60,966 nucleotides of DNA from Candidatus Limnocylindrales bacterium. GTDB taxonomy: Bacteria; Chloroflexota; Limnocylindria; Limnocylindrales; CSP1-4. A program made the position numbers and the translations under genes. Below the pieces are notes generated by a model. The model was not told the DNA's origin. It worked only from the letters and a program-made list of their open reading frames with translations, and searched no databases. The stretch covers positions 1 through 60,966 of the forward strand of contig DASSMI010000046.1 of the NCBI GenBank assembly GCA_035688935.1, given 5' to 3'. Below are positions 45,613-54,134 of the stretch, piece after piece. The first letter of the stretch is position 1; every line of letters begins with the position of its first letter.

Positions 45613-45766
45613 GGGAACCGAGCGCTCCTTCCTCGGGGGCCGGACCCATCGTCGCCCCGTCGGCGTGTCGGCTGGGTCAGCCCGCCGGGTTGGGGCTTGC
45701 AGGGCCGTGTCAGGGTCGTTGCAACCGGGCGGCGAGCCGCCTCCATGCCGGGCTAGCATTCGGCCG

Positions 45767-46984
45767 ATGGTCGATTTCGCGCTCACCGACGAGAACCGTC
45801 TCGTACAGGCGGCGGCTCGGGCGTTCGCCGAGCGCGAGATCCTGCCGCACATCCGCCGCTGGGACGAGGAAGGCAGCTTCCCCCGGGAGATGTTCGCCAA
45901 GCTCGCCGAGCAGGGCTTCCTGGGCGCCCCGATCCCCGAGGCGTGGGGCGGCTCGGGGATGGACTACCACTCGTTCGCGATCCTGTGCGAGGAGCTGGAG
46001 CGCGCCGATTCCGCGTTCCGGGTCGTTCAGAGCGTTCACGTCGGTCTGAACTCTCTGGCACTCCTGCAATGGGCGACCGACGAGCAGAAGCAGCGCTGGC
46101 TCGTGCCGCAGGCGAAGGGCGAGAAGCTCGCGACGTTCGGGCTCACGGAGCCGGGTGTCGGCACGGACGCGGCGAACCTCGCGACGACCGCCCGCCGCGA
46201 CGGCGACAGCTACCGGCTGAACGGCAACAAGATCTGGATCAGCCTCGCCGACATCGCCGACCACTTCCTCGTGTTCGCCTCGGTCGACCGGGAGAAGGGA
46301 TGGCGCGGGATCACCGCGTTCCTGCTGGAACGCGGGATGAAGGGCCTCTCCACGGGAACGCTCCACGGGAAGCTCGGGATCCGCGCGGGCAACACGGGCC
46401 TGATCAACCTCGACGACGTCGTCGTCCCGGCGGACCACCGGATCGGCGAGGAGGGCGAGGGCTTCCTGATCGCCATGAGCGCGATCGACCAGGGCCGCTA
46501 CACGGTGGCGGCGGGCGCGGTGGGGCTCGCCCAGGCGTGCCTGGACGCGTCGCTGAAGTACGCGCACGAGCGCTCCACGTTCGGCCAGGAGATCGGGCGG
46601 CACCAGCTCGTCCAGCAGCTGCTCGCGAAGATGGCGGCCGGGACCGAGATGGGCCGGCTCCTCGTCTGGCGGGCCGGCTGGCTGAAGAACCAGGGGCTCC
46701 GCAACACCCGCGAGACGTCGCTCGCGAAGTGGCACGCCACCGACCATGCGGTCCAGAGCGCCCTCGACGCGATCCAGGTCCATGGCGCCAACGGCTATTC
46801 GAACGAGTTCCCGGTCGAGCGGTACCTCCGGAACAGCAAGGCGGCGGTCATCTACGAAGGGACCAGCCAGCTCCACACGATCATCCAGGCCGAGTACGCG
46901 CTGGGCTATCGCCACGACCGGCCCCTCCGCTGCGAGCCGGTCCCCGCCCAGGGTTGGACGCGACCGGTGACCGACCCGCGATGA
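45767..46984 (+). CDS. acyl-CoA dehydrogenase (glutaryl-CoA dehydrogenase-like)
   Basis: Start ATG 45767 (MVDFALTDEN...) is in frame with track ORF 45473..46984. Typical ACAD motifs (FGLTEPGVGTD, QVHGANGYSNEFPVERYLRN, YEGTSQLH). Confidence 0.9.
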   Translation: MVDFALTDENRLVQAAARAFAEREILPHIRRWDEEGSFPREMFAKLAEQGFLGAPIPEAWGGSGMDYHSFAILCEELERADSAFRVVQSVHVGLNSLALLQWATDEQKQRWLVPQAKGEKLATFGLTEPGVGTDAANLATTARRDGDSYRLNGNKIWISLADIADHFLVFASVDREKGWRGITAFLLERGMKGLSTGTLHGKLGIRAGNTGLINLDDVVVPADHRIGEEGEGFLIAMSAIDQGRYTVAAGAVGLAQACLDASLKYAHERSTFGQEIGRHQLVQQLLAKMAAGTEMGRLLVWRAGWLKNQGLRNTRETSLAKWHATDHAVQSALDAIQVHGANGYSNEFPVERYLRNSKAAVIYEGTSQLHTIIQAEYALGYRHDRPLRCEPVPAQGWTRPVTDPR

Positions 46985-47196
46985 CGCTCGCGCCGGAAGT
47001 GATCCGGGCGGGCGTGGTCGTCCTCGTGGTCGCGCTGACGGCGGCATTCCTCTTCGGGACCTGGCACGCCGTCGTCGGCGGTCTGGTGAACGGGAACCCG
47101 CGAGCCGGGACCTTCGGCCTCGCGCTCGCGTCGGTCACGGCGGCATTGCTCGCGGGGATCGCCGCGATCGTCCGCCGGCCGAGCCGCGATGGCTGA
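46981..47196 (+). CDS. 71-aa two-TM membrane protein
   Basis: ATG 46981 overlaps the ACAD stop (ATGA). Its 3' end overlaps the next gene by 8 nt. Two hydrophobic helices: VVVLVVALTAAFLFG and FGLALASVTAALLAGIAAIV. Confidence 0.5.
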   Translation: MTLAPEVIRAGVVVLVVALTAAFLFGTWHAVVGGLVNGNPRAGTFGLALASVTAALLAGIAAIVRRPSRDG

Positions 47197-49261
47197 TCCT
47201 GGTCCGAGCACGTCGACCGCCGGCTGGACCGACGCGGAGCTCGGGACGCTCGCCGAGCTCGCCGAGACCTTCGTCCGGGGCGGATCGGTCCGCCGCGCCA
47301 ACCTCGCGGCCGACGCGCTCCGTCGCGCGACGGATCCGGCTCAGCTCGCCCAGCTCAAGCTCGTTCTGCGAATGCTGGAGTCGCGGCCGGCGAACCTGCT
47401 CCTGACCGGACGGCCGACGGCGTTCCGCAACCGGTCGCCGACCGATCGCGAGGCGGTGCTTCTCGCGTGGGCGACGTCGAGATTGCCGCTCCGCCGGTCG
47501 GCATTCCAGGCATACCGGAAGCTGCTGACATTCCTGGCGTACGCAGACCCCGGTCCACCGGGTGCGCCGAACCCGCTCCACGCCGCGATCGGCTACCGCC
47601 CGGACCGCCCGCCGGTGACGCCCGACATCGCGCCGATCCAGCCGCTCGAGGTCCATGCACCGGCGGACGCCGACCGCCCGCTCACGCTCGAGGCCGACGT
47701 CGCGATCGTCGGGTCGGGCGCCGGGGGCGGCGTCATCGCGGCCGACCTCGCCGCCGCCGGTCGATCCGTCGTCATCCTCGAGGCCGGACCGTACGTCGAC
47801 GAGGCGCACCTTCCGACGAACGAGCTCGACGCCTACTCACGGCTGTACCTCAACCACGGGCTGCTGACGACGTGGGATGGCTCGATCACGATGCTCGCCG
47901 GGTCCGCCGTCGGCGGCGGGACGCTCGTGAACTGGATGACCTCGATCCCGGCGCCGCCCGACGTCCGGCGCGACTGGGCACGCGACCACGGCGTGGAGGG
48001 CATCGACGGGGCCGAGTTCGACACGGACGTCGCCTCGATCGAGACCGATCTGAGCGTCGCCGAGTCGGTCGTCATCCCGCCGAAGGACGACGTGATCCTC
48101 CGCGGCGCGGCGGCGCTCGGCTGGGAGGCGGCCCGGACTCGCCGCAACGCCCGCGACTGTGGCGATTGCGGAAGCTGCCCGTTCGGTTGCCCGCGCGGCA
48201 CGAAGCAATCCGGGATCCGGGTCCATCTCGCCCGCGCGTCGGCCGCCGGCGCCCGGATCGTCGATCGGGCGAGGGTCACGCGCGTCGTGGTCGAGGGGAC
48301 CGCCGTCGCCGGCGTCGAGGCGAACGTCCTCGTCGCCGATCCGGCGACCGGCGAACCGGTCCTCGGGCCGGGCGCCGATCCCGCTCATCCGCGGACGCGG
48401 CGCCTCGTCGTCCGCGCGCCGCAGGTCGTGGTCGCGGGCGGTGCGCTGCGGACCCCCGTCGTGCTGCAGGCGTCGGGCCTCGACCATCCAGCCATCGGGC
48501 GTCACCTCCAGCTCCACCCGGTCTCGGTGGTCGCCGGCGTCTTCGACCAGCCGGTCGAGATGTGGCGCGGGACGATGCAGGCGGCGCGATCGCTCCAGTT
48601 CGGCGCGCCGGACGCCGAGCGCAGCGCCTATGCGATCGAGTCGGCGCCCGGCCATCCCGGCCTGATCGCCCTGGCCCTGCCGTGGGAAGGGACCGACGCT
48701 CACGCCGCGCTCCTGGCCAGGATCGGGAGTGTCGCGCCGCTGGTCGCGATCGCCCGTGATGGCGGTGAAGGGCGGGTGCGGCGGACGAAGGCGGGCAACG
48801 CACGCATCGACTACCGGCTCGATGCCCGCGGCATCGCGACGCTCCGCCACGGGCTCGCCTCGATGGCCGAGCTCGCCCGGGCTGCCGGCGCCCGGGCGAT
48901 CGTCGCGGCCGGGACGCCGCCGGAATGGCACGGCCGCGATGGGTTCACGCCGGGTCGCGACGAGCGCGCGTTCGTCGTGTTCCAGGACAGGCTCCGGACC
49001 TTCGACTTCGCTCCAAACCGCGGGGCCGTCTTCTCGGCCCACCAGATGAGCACCGTCCGGCTGGGCGCGGCGGTCGCGGATCACCCGTGCGACCCCGACG
49101 GTCGCGTCCGGACCCGCGCCGGCGACCCGGTCCGAGGGCTGTACGTCGGCGACGGCTCGCTCTTCCCGACCGGGATCGGCGTGAACCCGCAAATCACGAT
49201 CATGGCCCTGGCCCGGCGGATCGCCCGCACGGTCCTCGCCGAGGGACGCGCGTCCGGCTGA
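47189..49261 (+). CDS. GMC-family FAD oxidoreductase (long-chain alcohol oxidase-like, with N-terminal extension)
   Basis: Rossmann motif DVAIVGSGAGGGVIAADLAAAGRSVVILEAG. The C-terminal GMC region includes DGSLFPTGIGVNPQITIMALA. Confidence 0.85.
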   Translation: MADPGPSTSTAGWTDAELGTLAELAETFVRGGSVRRANLAADALRRATDPAQLAQLKLVLRMLESRPANLLLTGRPTAFRNRSPTDREAVLLAWATSRLPLRRSAFQAYRKLLTFLAYADPGPPGAPNPLHAAIGYRPDRPPVTPDIAPIQPLEVHAPADADRPLTLEADVAIVGSGAGGGVIAADLAAAGRSVVILEAGPYVDEAHLPTNELDAYSRLYLNHGLLTTWDGSITMLAGSAVGGGTLVNWMTSIPAPPDVRRDWARDHGVEGIDGAEFDTDVASIETDLSVAESVVIPPKDDVILRGAAALGWEAARTRRNARDCGDCGSCPFGCPRGTKQSGIRVHLARASAAGARIVDRARVTRVVVEGTAVAGVEANVLVADPATGEPVLGPGADPAHPRTRRLVVRAPQVVVAGGALRTPVVLQASGLDHPAIGRHLQLHPVSVVAGVFDQPVEMWRGTMQAARSLQFGAPDAERSAYAIESAPGHPGLIALALPWEGTDAHAALLARIGSVAPLVAIARDGGEGRVRRTKAGNARIDYRLDARGIATLRHGLASMAELARAAGARAIVAAGTPPEWHGRDGFTPGRDERAFVVFQDRLRTFDFAPNRGAVFSAHQMSTVRLGAAVADHPCDPDGRVRTRAGDPVRGLYVGDGSLFPTGIGVNPQITIMALARRIARTVLAEGRASG

Positions 49262-49275
49262 CGCGGGATGCGGCG

Positions 49276-50283
49276 TCAGGCGGTCGCGGGCACGTCCTCG
49301 TGCTCGTGCCGGTGTCGCGGCTCGCTGGCCGGTGCCTCCGTCATCCGGCTCCGGGCCAGGATGATCAAGGCCACGCCGGCGACGATCACGGCGCCCGCGG
49401 CGAGCTGGACCGGTCCCACCGTCTCGTGGAGCAGCAGCCAGCCGAGGAACACCGCGATGACGGGATTGACGAACGCGTACGTCGTGACGAGCGGCAACGG
49501 CGCGTGGCGGATCACCCAGACGAACGCGGTGAAGGCCACGAGGCTGCCCACGACGGTGAGGTAGCCGGTGGCAGCGATGGAGTCCACGGTCACCGACGCC
49601 GGCTGGAACGCCGCGAGCTCGCCGGTCGCGACCGCGGCGATCGCGAGGACGACCGACCCGCTCAGCATCTCGAGGCCCGTCGCGAAGAACGGGTTCGAGG
49701 GCAGCGACGCGCGGTGGGCGGCGAAGGTCGTGCCGGCGGCCCACAGCATCGGGGACAGGACGATCGCGCCCACGCCGACCGGATCGAGGCTGCGATCGAC
49801 GGCGATCCCCTGGGCGACGAGGCCGACGACCCCGACGAGCGCCGTGCCGATCCCGAGGACCGCCAGTCCGGGGAGCCGCTCCGCGAACAGGACCCGGCCG
49901 TAGACGGCGACCCAGACCGGCATCATCGCGATGAGGACGCCGGCGATGCCGGACGGGACGGTCTGCTCGCCCCACGAGACCAGGCCCATCCCGCCGAACA
50001 TCAGGCACGTCCCGACGATCGCGCAGTCGCGCAGCTCGCGGAAGGACGGCCTGGCGACGCGGCCGCGGGTCGCGATCATCACGGCGCCGATCATCACCAG
50101 ACCGGCGATGGCGAAGCGGATCGCGCCCATCACGAACGGCGGCAGCGACTCGACTGCGACGCGGATCGCGAGGTACGTCGATCCCCAGACGACGTAGAGG
50201 ATCAGGATCGCGGTCCAGACCAGGACGGGCGACGCCGTCTTCAGTGGCCGGGCTGGTGAGTTTGGCTTAGTCGGCTGGTCCAA
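49276..50283 (-). CDS. EamA/DMT-family transporter
   Basis: Ten hydrophobic helices with the typical EamA start WGSTYLAIRVAV. The only plausible start upstream of TM1 in this frame is TTG 50283-50281. The rest of track ORF 49276..50751 is shadow sequence. Confidence 0.75.
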   Translation of the reverse strand: MDQPTKPNSPARPLKTASPVLVWTAILILYVVWGSTYLAIRVAVESLPPFVMGAIRFAIAGLVMIGAVMIATRGRVARPSFRELRDCAIVGTCLMFGGMGLVSWGEQTVPSGIAGVLIAMMPVWVAVYGRVLFAERLPGLAVLGIGTALVGVVGLVAQGIAVDRSLDPVGVGAIVLSPMLWAAGTTFAAHRASLPSNPFFATGLEMLSGSVVLAIAAVATGELAAFQPASVTVDSIAATGYLTVVGSLVAFTAFVWVIRHAPLPLVTTYAFVNPVIAVFLGWLLLHETVGPVQLAAGAVIVAGVALIILARSRMTEAPASEPRHRHEHEDVPATA

Positions 50284-50315
50284 GGCGCCAGTGTAGCCCG
50301 CCGGCCGAGAGCGTG

Positions 50316-51122
50316 CTACGCGACGGCCGCACCAAGCGGACGGCAGTGCTTGCACGGTCGGTACCCCGCGCCGAACGCCGCGCTCGCCGACGGGAAGTGC
50401 TTGAGGTGGCGCTCGGTGACCCGCCGGGCATCCGAGCACGTCGGCATGCAGAAGATCCGGGTCGTGTCCGAGCCGAAGTATCGGACGCCGGCTCGGGCCA
50501 ACGCCTCGAGCTCGTCCGGATCGGCGCCCTCGGCGGTCAGGATCGTCCGCTTGTTGTCCGGCCCTCCCAGCGAGTACTGGCCGATCATCCCGTCGCTCCG
50601 GACGACCCGGTGGCACGGCACGATCAATGGCACCGGGTTGTGGCCGAGCGCCGTCCCGACCGCCCGGACCGCCTTCGGCCGGCCGATCTCCGACGCGATC
50701 CAGCCGTAGGGTCGGACCTGCCCGCGCGGGATCTCGAGCGCCTTCCTCCACACCGCCTGCTCGAACTCGGTCGTGCCGCGCAGGTCGAGGTCGATCCGGA
50801 CCTGGCGATCGCCGGCGAGCCGCCGCTCGATCCTCCGCGCCAGCCCGGCCGGGATCGCGTCGCGGCGCCGGGCGCGCCGGCCGGTCCGGGCGTGGAACCG
50901 CGCCTCGAAGGCGTCGTCGTCGCGCTCCCCGGACACCTCAGAGACGCCGCGGCCGTTCCAGACGACCCGCAACGGACCGAGCGGAGAGTCGAGGATCGCG
51001 TAGTCGTCGGCGAGGCCCACCGCCACGAGTGTCGCGTGAGCGAGACCCGGAGGCGCCGCCTCGCGCAGGCCGGCGAGCGCGGCCTCGGCGCCGGGATCGA
51101 TGGAGTCGGTGGTGAGGTTCAT
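50316..51122 (-). CDS. ogt: O6-alkylguanine-DNA alkyltransferase fused to a C-terminal Ada-type Zn(Cys)4 domain
   Basis: MGMT active site LIVPCHRVV. C-terminal FCMPTC-x27-CKHCRP matches the Ada N-terminal C-x3-C-x26-C-x2-C zinc/methyl-acceptor pattern. No AraC HTH is present. ATGA overlap with the sigma gene. Confidence 0.85.
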   Translation of the reverse strand: MNLTTDSIDPGAEAALAGLREAAPPGLAHATLVAVGLADDYAILDSPLGPLRVVWNGRGVSEVSGERDDDAFEARFHARTGRRARRRDAIPAGLARRIERRLAGDRQVRIDLDLRGTTEFEQAVWRKALEIPRGQVRPYGWIASEIGRPKAVRAVGTALGHNPVPLIVPCHRVVRSDGMIGQYSLGGPDNKRTILTAEGADPDELEALARAGVRYFGSDTTRIFCMPTCSDARRVTERHLKHFPSASAAFGAGYRPCKHCRPLGAAVA

Positions 51123-51694
51123 GCAGGGATCTCCTCCCGTTCACGCGCTTCCGCGGCGAGCAGGGCGGCCCGCAGGGCGGCGAGACCGCGGTGGACATGG
51201 GCCTTGACGGTGCCTTCGGGCCGCCCGACGGCCTCCGCGATCTCCGCGTAGGACATGCCGTCGACATGGCGGAGGACGACGGCGGTTCGTTGGGCGGGCG
51301 TCAGGTCGGCGAGGAGGCGCGCCCACATCTCGCGCTCATCGCGCCGGGCGAGGGGATCGGCGGCCGGCTCCGCGCCCGGATCGAACGCCAGCTCGGTGGT
51401 CTGAACCCGCCGGACGCGGGCCCGGTTGCGCCCGCCGTTCAGGAGGATCGTCGTGAGCCAGCCCCGGAGCCGGACCTCGCGGATCCGGGCGGCCGGCCAG
51501 GCGTCCAGCGCCCGATAGGCCCGGACGAACGCGTCCTGCACGAGCTCCTCGGCGTCGCGCCGGTCGCCGCTCGTCCGCAGGGCGATCGTGTAGAGGCGAT
51601 CCTGGTGAGCAAGGAGAAGCGCCTCGAAGCCGCCGTCGAGGTCGGCTGCGAGGCGCTCGGCGAGCTCGGCGTCGTCGGGTCGTCGATCGTCCAT
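51119..51694 (-). CDS. ECF-type RNA polymerase sigma factor
   Basis: Region 2 (FEALLLAHQDRLYTIALRTSGDRRDAEELVQDAFVRAY) and region 4 (VVLRHVDGMSYAEIAEAVGRPEGTVKAHVHRG). I chose ATG 51694 as the start. GTG 51784, 10 nt after the upstream stop, is an alternative. Confidence 0.8.
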   Translation of the reverse strand: MDDRRPDDAELAERLAADLDGGFEALLLAHQDRLYTIALRTSGDRRDAEELVQDAFVRAYRALDAWPAARIREVRLRGWLTTILLNGGRNRARVRRVQTTELAFDPGAEPAADPLARRDEREMWARLLADLTPAQRTAVVLRHVDGMSYAEIAEAVGRPEGTVKAHVHRGLAALRAALLAAEAREREEIPA

Positions 51695-51794
51695 CGTTGG
51701 ATGGAACACGTTACCGGAGCGATGCGTTGCGACCGCTCCGGTGCCGATCCGCGCCGGCGCCGAGAGGGAGTGGGCCGGCGTCACCGGCCCGCGC

Positions 51795-52232
51795 CTACTT
51801 CACCTCGACGGTGACGTCCTTCATCGTCGTCGGGTGGACGGTGCAGTGGTACGTGTACGTGCCCGGCGCCGTGAACACGAGCATCGCGGTCGCGCCGCCG
51901 GCGATCTGGCCGGTGTCGCACGAGCCATCGTCCATCGTCGCGGTGTGGGGGATCGAATCCTGGTTCGTCCACGCGACGATGTCGCCGACCTTGGCCTGGA
52001 CCGTCGGGGTCCCATACGCCGAATTCTTGATGTCGACCGCCGTCGCGGCGGTCGATCCGGCCGGCGCGGTCGCGCAGGCCTTGGCGGTGCCGCCGCCGGC
52101 GGAGGCGGCACCCGACGCTGCGGCCGGTGAGGCGGCGGCCGGCGCGCTCGGGCTGGGGGTCGCGGCGCTGCCGCACGCCGCGAGGAGCGCGACGAGTGCA
52201 GCCGTGGTCAGGGTGATGCCGAGACGGCGCAT
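51795..52232 (-). CDS. type-1 copper (cupredoxin, plastocyanin/amicyanin-like) lipoprotein
   Basis: Start ATG 52232, preceded by GGAGG. Lipobox LVALLAAC. Copper ligands: His in IPHTA, then C-x2-H-x4-M in YHCTVHPTTM. Confidence 0.8.
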   Translation of the reverse strand: MRRLGITLTTAALVALLAACGSAATPSPSAPAAASPAAASGAASAGGGTAKACATAPAGSTAATAVDIKNSAYGTPTVQAKVGDIVAWTNQDSIPHTATMDDGSCDTGQIAGGATAMLVFTAPGTYTYHCTVHPTTMKDVTVEVK

Positions 52233-52339
52233 GGTGAGCCTCCGAGTTGGGCGATCGACGGTCTGGGGCCGCGATCGATCGGGATGATGGTGCTCCCTAC
52301 GTCTGACCCGCGTCGCTGGTTTCGTCCTATCGTGCGAGC

Positions 52340-53251
52340 GTGGACCCTTCACCCCGCAGCGAGTCCGTGGCGACGGCCGCCCCGGGCCGGTCGTCGGCGC
52401 CGCCGCAGACCGGCCCGCCGGCTGGGCTCCGCGACCTGACGCGAGCCGACGTGCGCTGGCTCGCCTGGCACGAAGCCGGCGCGCATGCCCTCACCGGACG
52501 GGAGGTCCGGGACCTGGGCGACGCATGGATGCTCTACGACGAGACCGACCGCGAGCCGTTCTGGAACCGGATCGCCGGGATCGCCTGGCCGTCGGATCCG
52601 CATGCGTTCGACCGCCGCCTGACCGAGATCCTGGCCCTCTTCGCGGGCCTGGACCGGATCCCGCACGTCTGGCCGTCACCCGGGTACGACGAGCCGGCCG
52701 ATCTGACGGAGCGCCTGCTCGCCCACGGGTTCGTCGACCACGGCGGCGGCATGCTCCTGCTGCTCGATCCGGACCGCGGCCCGGGTCCGATCCCGCCGCT
52801 GCCGGCCGGGGTGACGATCGAGCGCGTCCATCGTCGGACTGGGGCCGAGGCCATCGCGGCCGCGGAGGCGATGGCGGCCGTCCTGGTGACGTCGTTCGCC
52901 GTGGAGCCGGAGCGCCGGGTGGCGATCGAGCTCGAGGCCGTCCAGGGCCTCACCACCGACGCGTACCACGCGGTCATCGTCCGCGTGGATGGCCAGCCGG
53001 CCGCCGTCGCTCGCCGGACGACGTTCGCGGGAGCGAGCTACCTCTCGTCGATCGGGACGGACCCGGCGTTCCGTGGCCGCGGCCTCGGCCGGCTCGTGAC
53101 CGCGATCGCGGCCGCGGACGCGCTGGCGGCCGGGAGCCGCTGGACGTACCTCGGGGTGTTCGAGGACAACACCGTCGCGCGCCGTCTCTACGCCGATCTC
53201 GGGTTCGACCCGGTCGGCGTCGTCGGGCCGGACCTGCTCCTCCGGCCCTGA
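52340..53251 (+). CDS. GNAT-family N-acetyltransferase (two-domain)
   Basis: Acetyl-CoA motif A FRGRGLGRLVTAIA in the C-terminal half. GTG start. Confidence 0.7.
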   Translation: MDPSPRSESVATAAPGRSSAPPQTGPPAGLRDLTRADVRWLAWHEAGAHALTGREVRDLGDAWMLYDETDREPFWNRIAGIAWPSDPHAFDRRLTEILALFAGLDRIPHVWPSPGYDEPADLTERLLAHGFVDHGGGMLLLLDPDRGPGPIPPLPAGVTIERVHRRTGAEAIAAAEAMAAVLVTSFAVEPERRVAIELEAVQGLTTDAYHAVIVRVDGQPAAVARRTTFAGASYLSSIGTDPAFRGRGLGRLVTAIAAADALAAGSRWTYLGVFEDNTVARRLYADLGFDPVGVVGPDLLLRP

Positions 53252-53253
53252 AC

Positions 53254-53694
53254 GTGGCGGACGACCTGGCGTGGCTCGCGGCCCGCGGCGAGCCACGGCT
53301 CCTCGCCGAGATCGTGGCGACGGTCGAGCTCGAGCGGGCGCTCGCGGCGGCTGGCTTCGACGTCCGGCTCGCCGCCCGCGCCGTCGACGACGTCCTCCTC
53401 GGCGCTCGCGTGGTCCTCGTCACGCGCGATTCGGCGACGATCGCCATCGCCGAGCCGTCGACCGAGGGCCGGCTCGCGGCGTCGCTCGCCCGGTCCGGCG
53501 AGGGCGTCGTGGGGCGGTATCTCGCCGCGGCCGTCGATCTCGACACGATCCGGCGGTTGGCGGCCGGGGCGGGCGTCGCGCTGAGCCGGCGCGAGGTCGG
53601 GCCGTTCGGCCCCGAGGTCCTCGTCGCCACGACCCCGGCGGCCGGCCCGCACCTCCTCCTCGTGGATGCCCGGACGGTACCATCGCCCGGATGA
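53254..53694 (+). CDS. hypothetical protein, glyoxalase-like (Glyoxalase_3-type) by appearance
   Basis: The real gene is the C-terminal 146 aa of track ORF 52525..53694. GTG 53254 lies 2 nt after the upstream stop. IAIAEPSTEGRLAASLARSGEGVVGRYL resembles glyoxalase-like domains. ATGA overlap with the next gene. Confidence 0.5.
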   Translation: MADDLAWLAARGEPRLLAEIVATVELERALAAAGFDVRLAARAVDDVLLGARVVLVTRDSATIAIAEPSTEGRLAASLARSGEGVVGRYLAAAVDLDTIRRLAAGAGVALSRREVGPFGPEVLVATTPAAGPHLLLVDARTVPSPG

Positions 53695-54131
53695 CCGACC
53701 GCCAGCCGATCACCCTGCGGGCAGCCCAGCCCGGCGACGCGGACCGGATCGCGGCGCTCTTCACCGACGAGGGATATCCGTCGGGGCCCAGCGACATCCT
53801 CGATCGGCTCCGTCGCTACGGCTCCCCGGAATCGCGGGTGGTCGTCGCCGAGGGCGGCGGGGAGGTGGTGGGCTTCATCGCGCTCCACGCGGTCCCGCGC
53901 TTCGAGCACTCCGACCGTGTCCTGCGGATCATGGCGCTCGTCGTCGACCCCGGTGTTCGCGAACGCGGGATCGGTCGGCTGCTCATGGAGGAGGCCGAGC
54001 GGGTGGGCACGGAGCTCGGCGCCGCGTGGTCGGAGGTCACCGCCGGCCACCATCGGCCCGACGCGCGCCGCCTCTACGAGGAGCTCGGCTACGACGCCTC
54101 CGTCGCGGCCTATCTCCGGAAGCGACTCTAG
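53691..54131 (+). CDS. GNAT-family N-acetyltransferase
   Basis: ATG 53691 is in frame with track ORF 53271..54131. Motif A VVDPGVRERGIGRLLMEEAE. C-terminal LYEELGY. Confidence 0.8.
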   Translation: MTDRQPITLRAAQPGDADRIAALFTDEGYPSGPSDILDRLRRYGSPESRVVVAEGGGEVVGFIALHAVPRFEHSDRVLRIMALVVDPGVRERGIGRLLMEEAERVGTELGAAWSEVTAGHHRPDARRLYEELGYDASVAAYLRKRL

Positions 54132-54134
54132 GCC

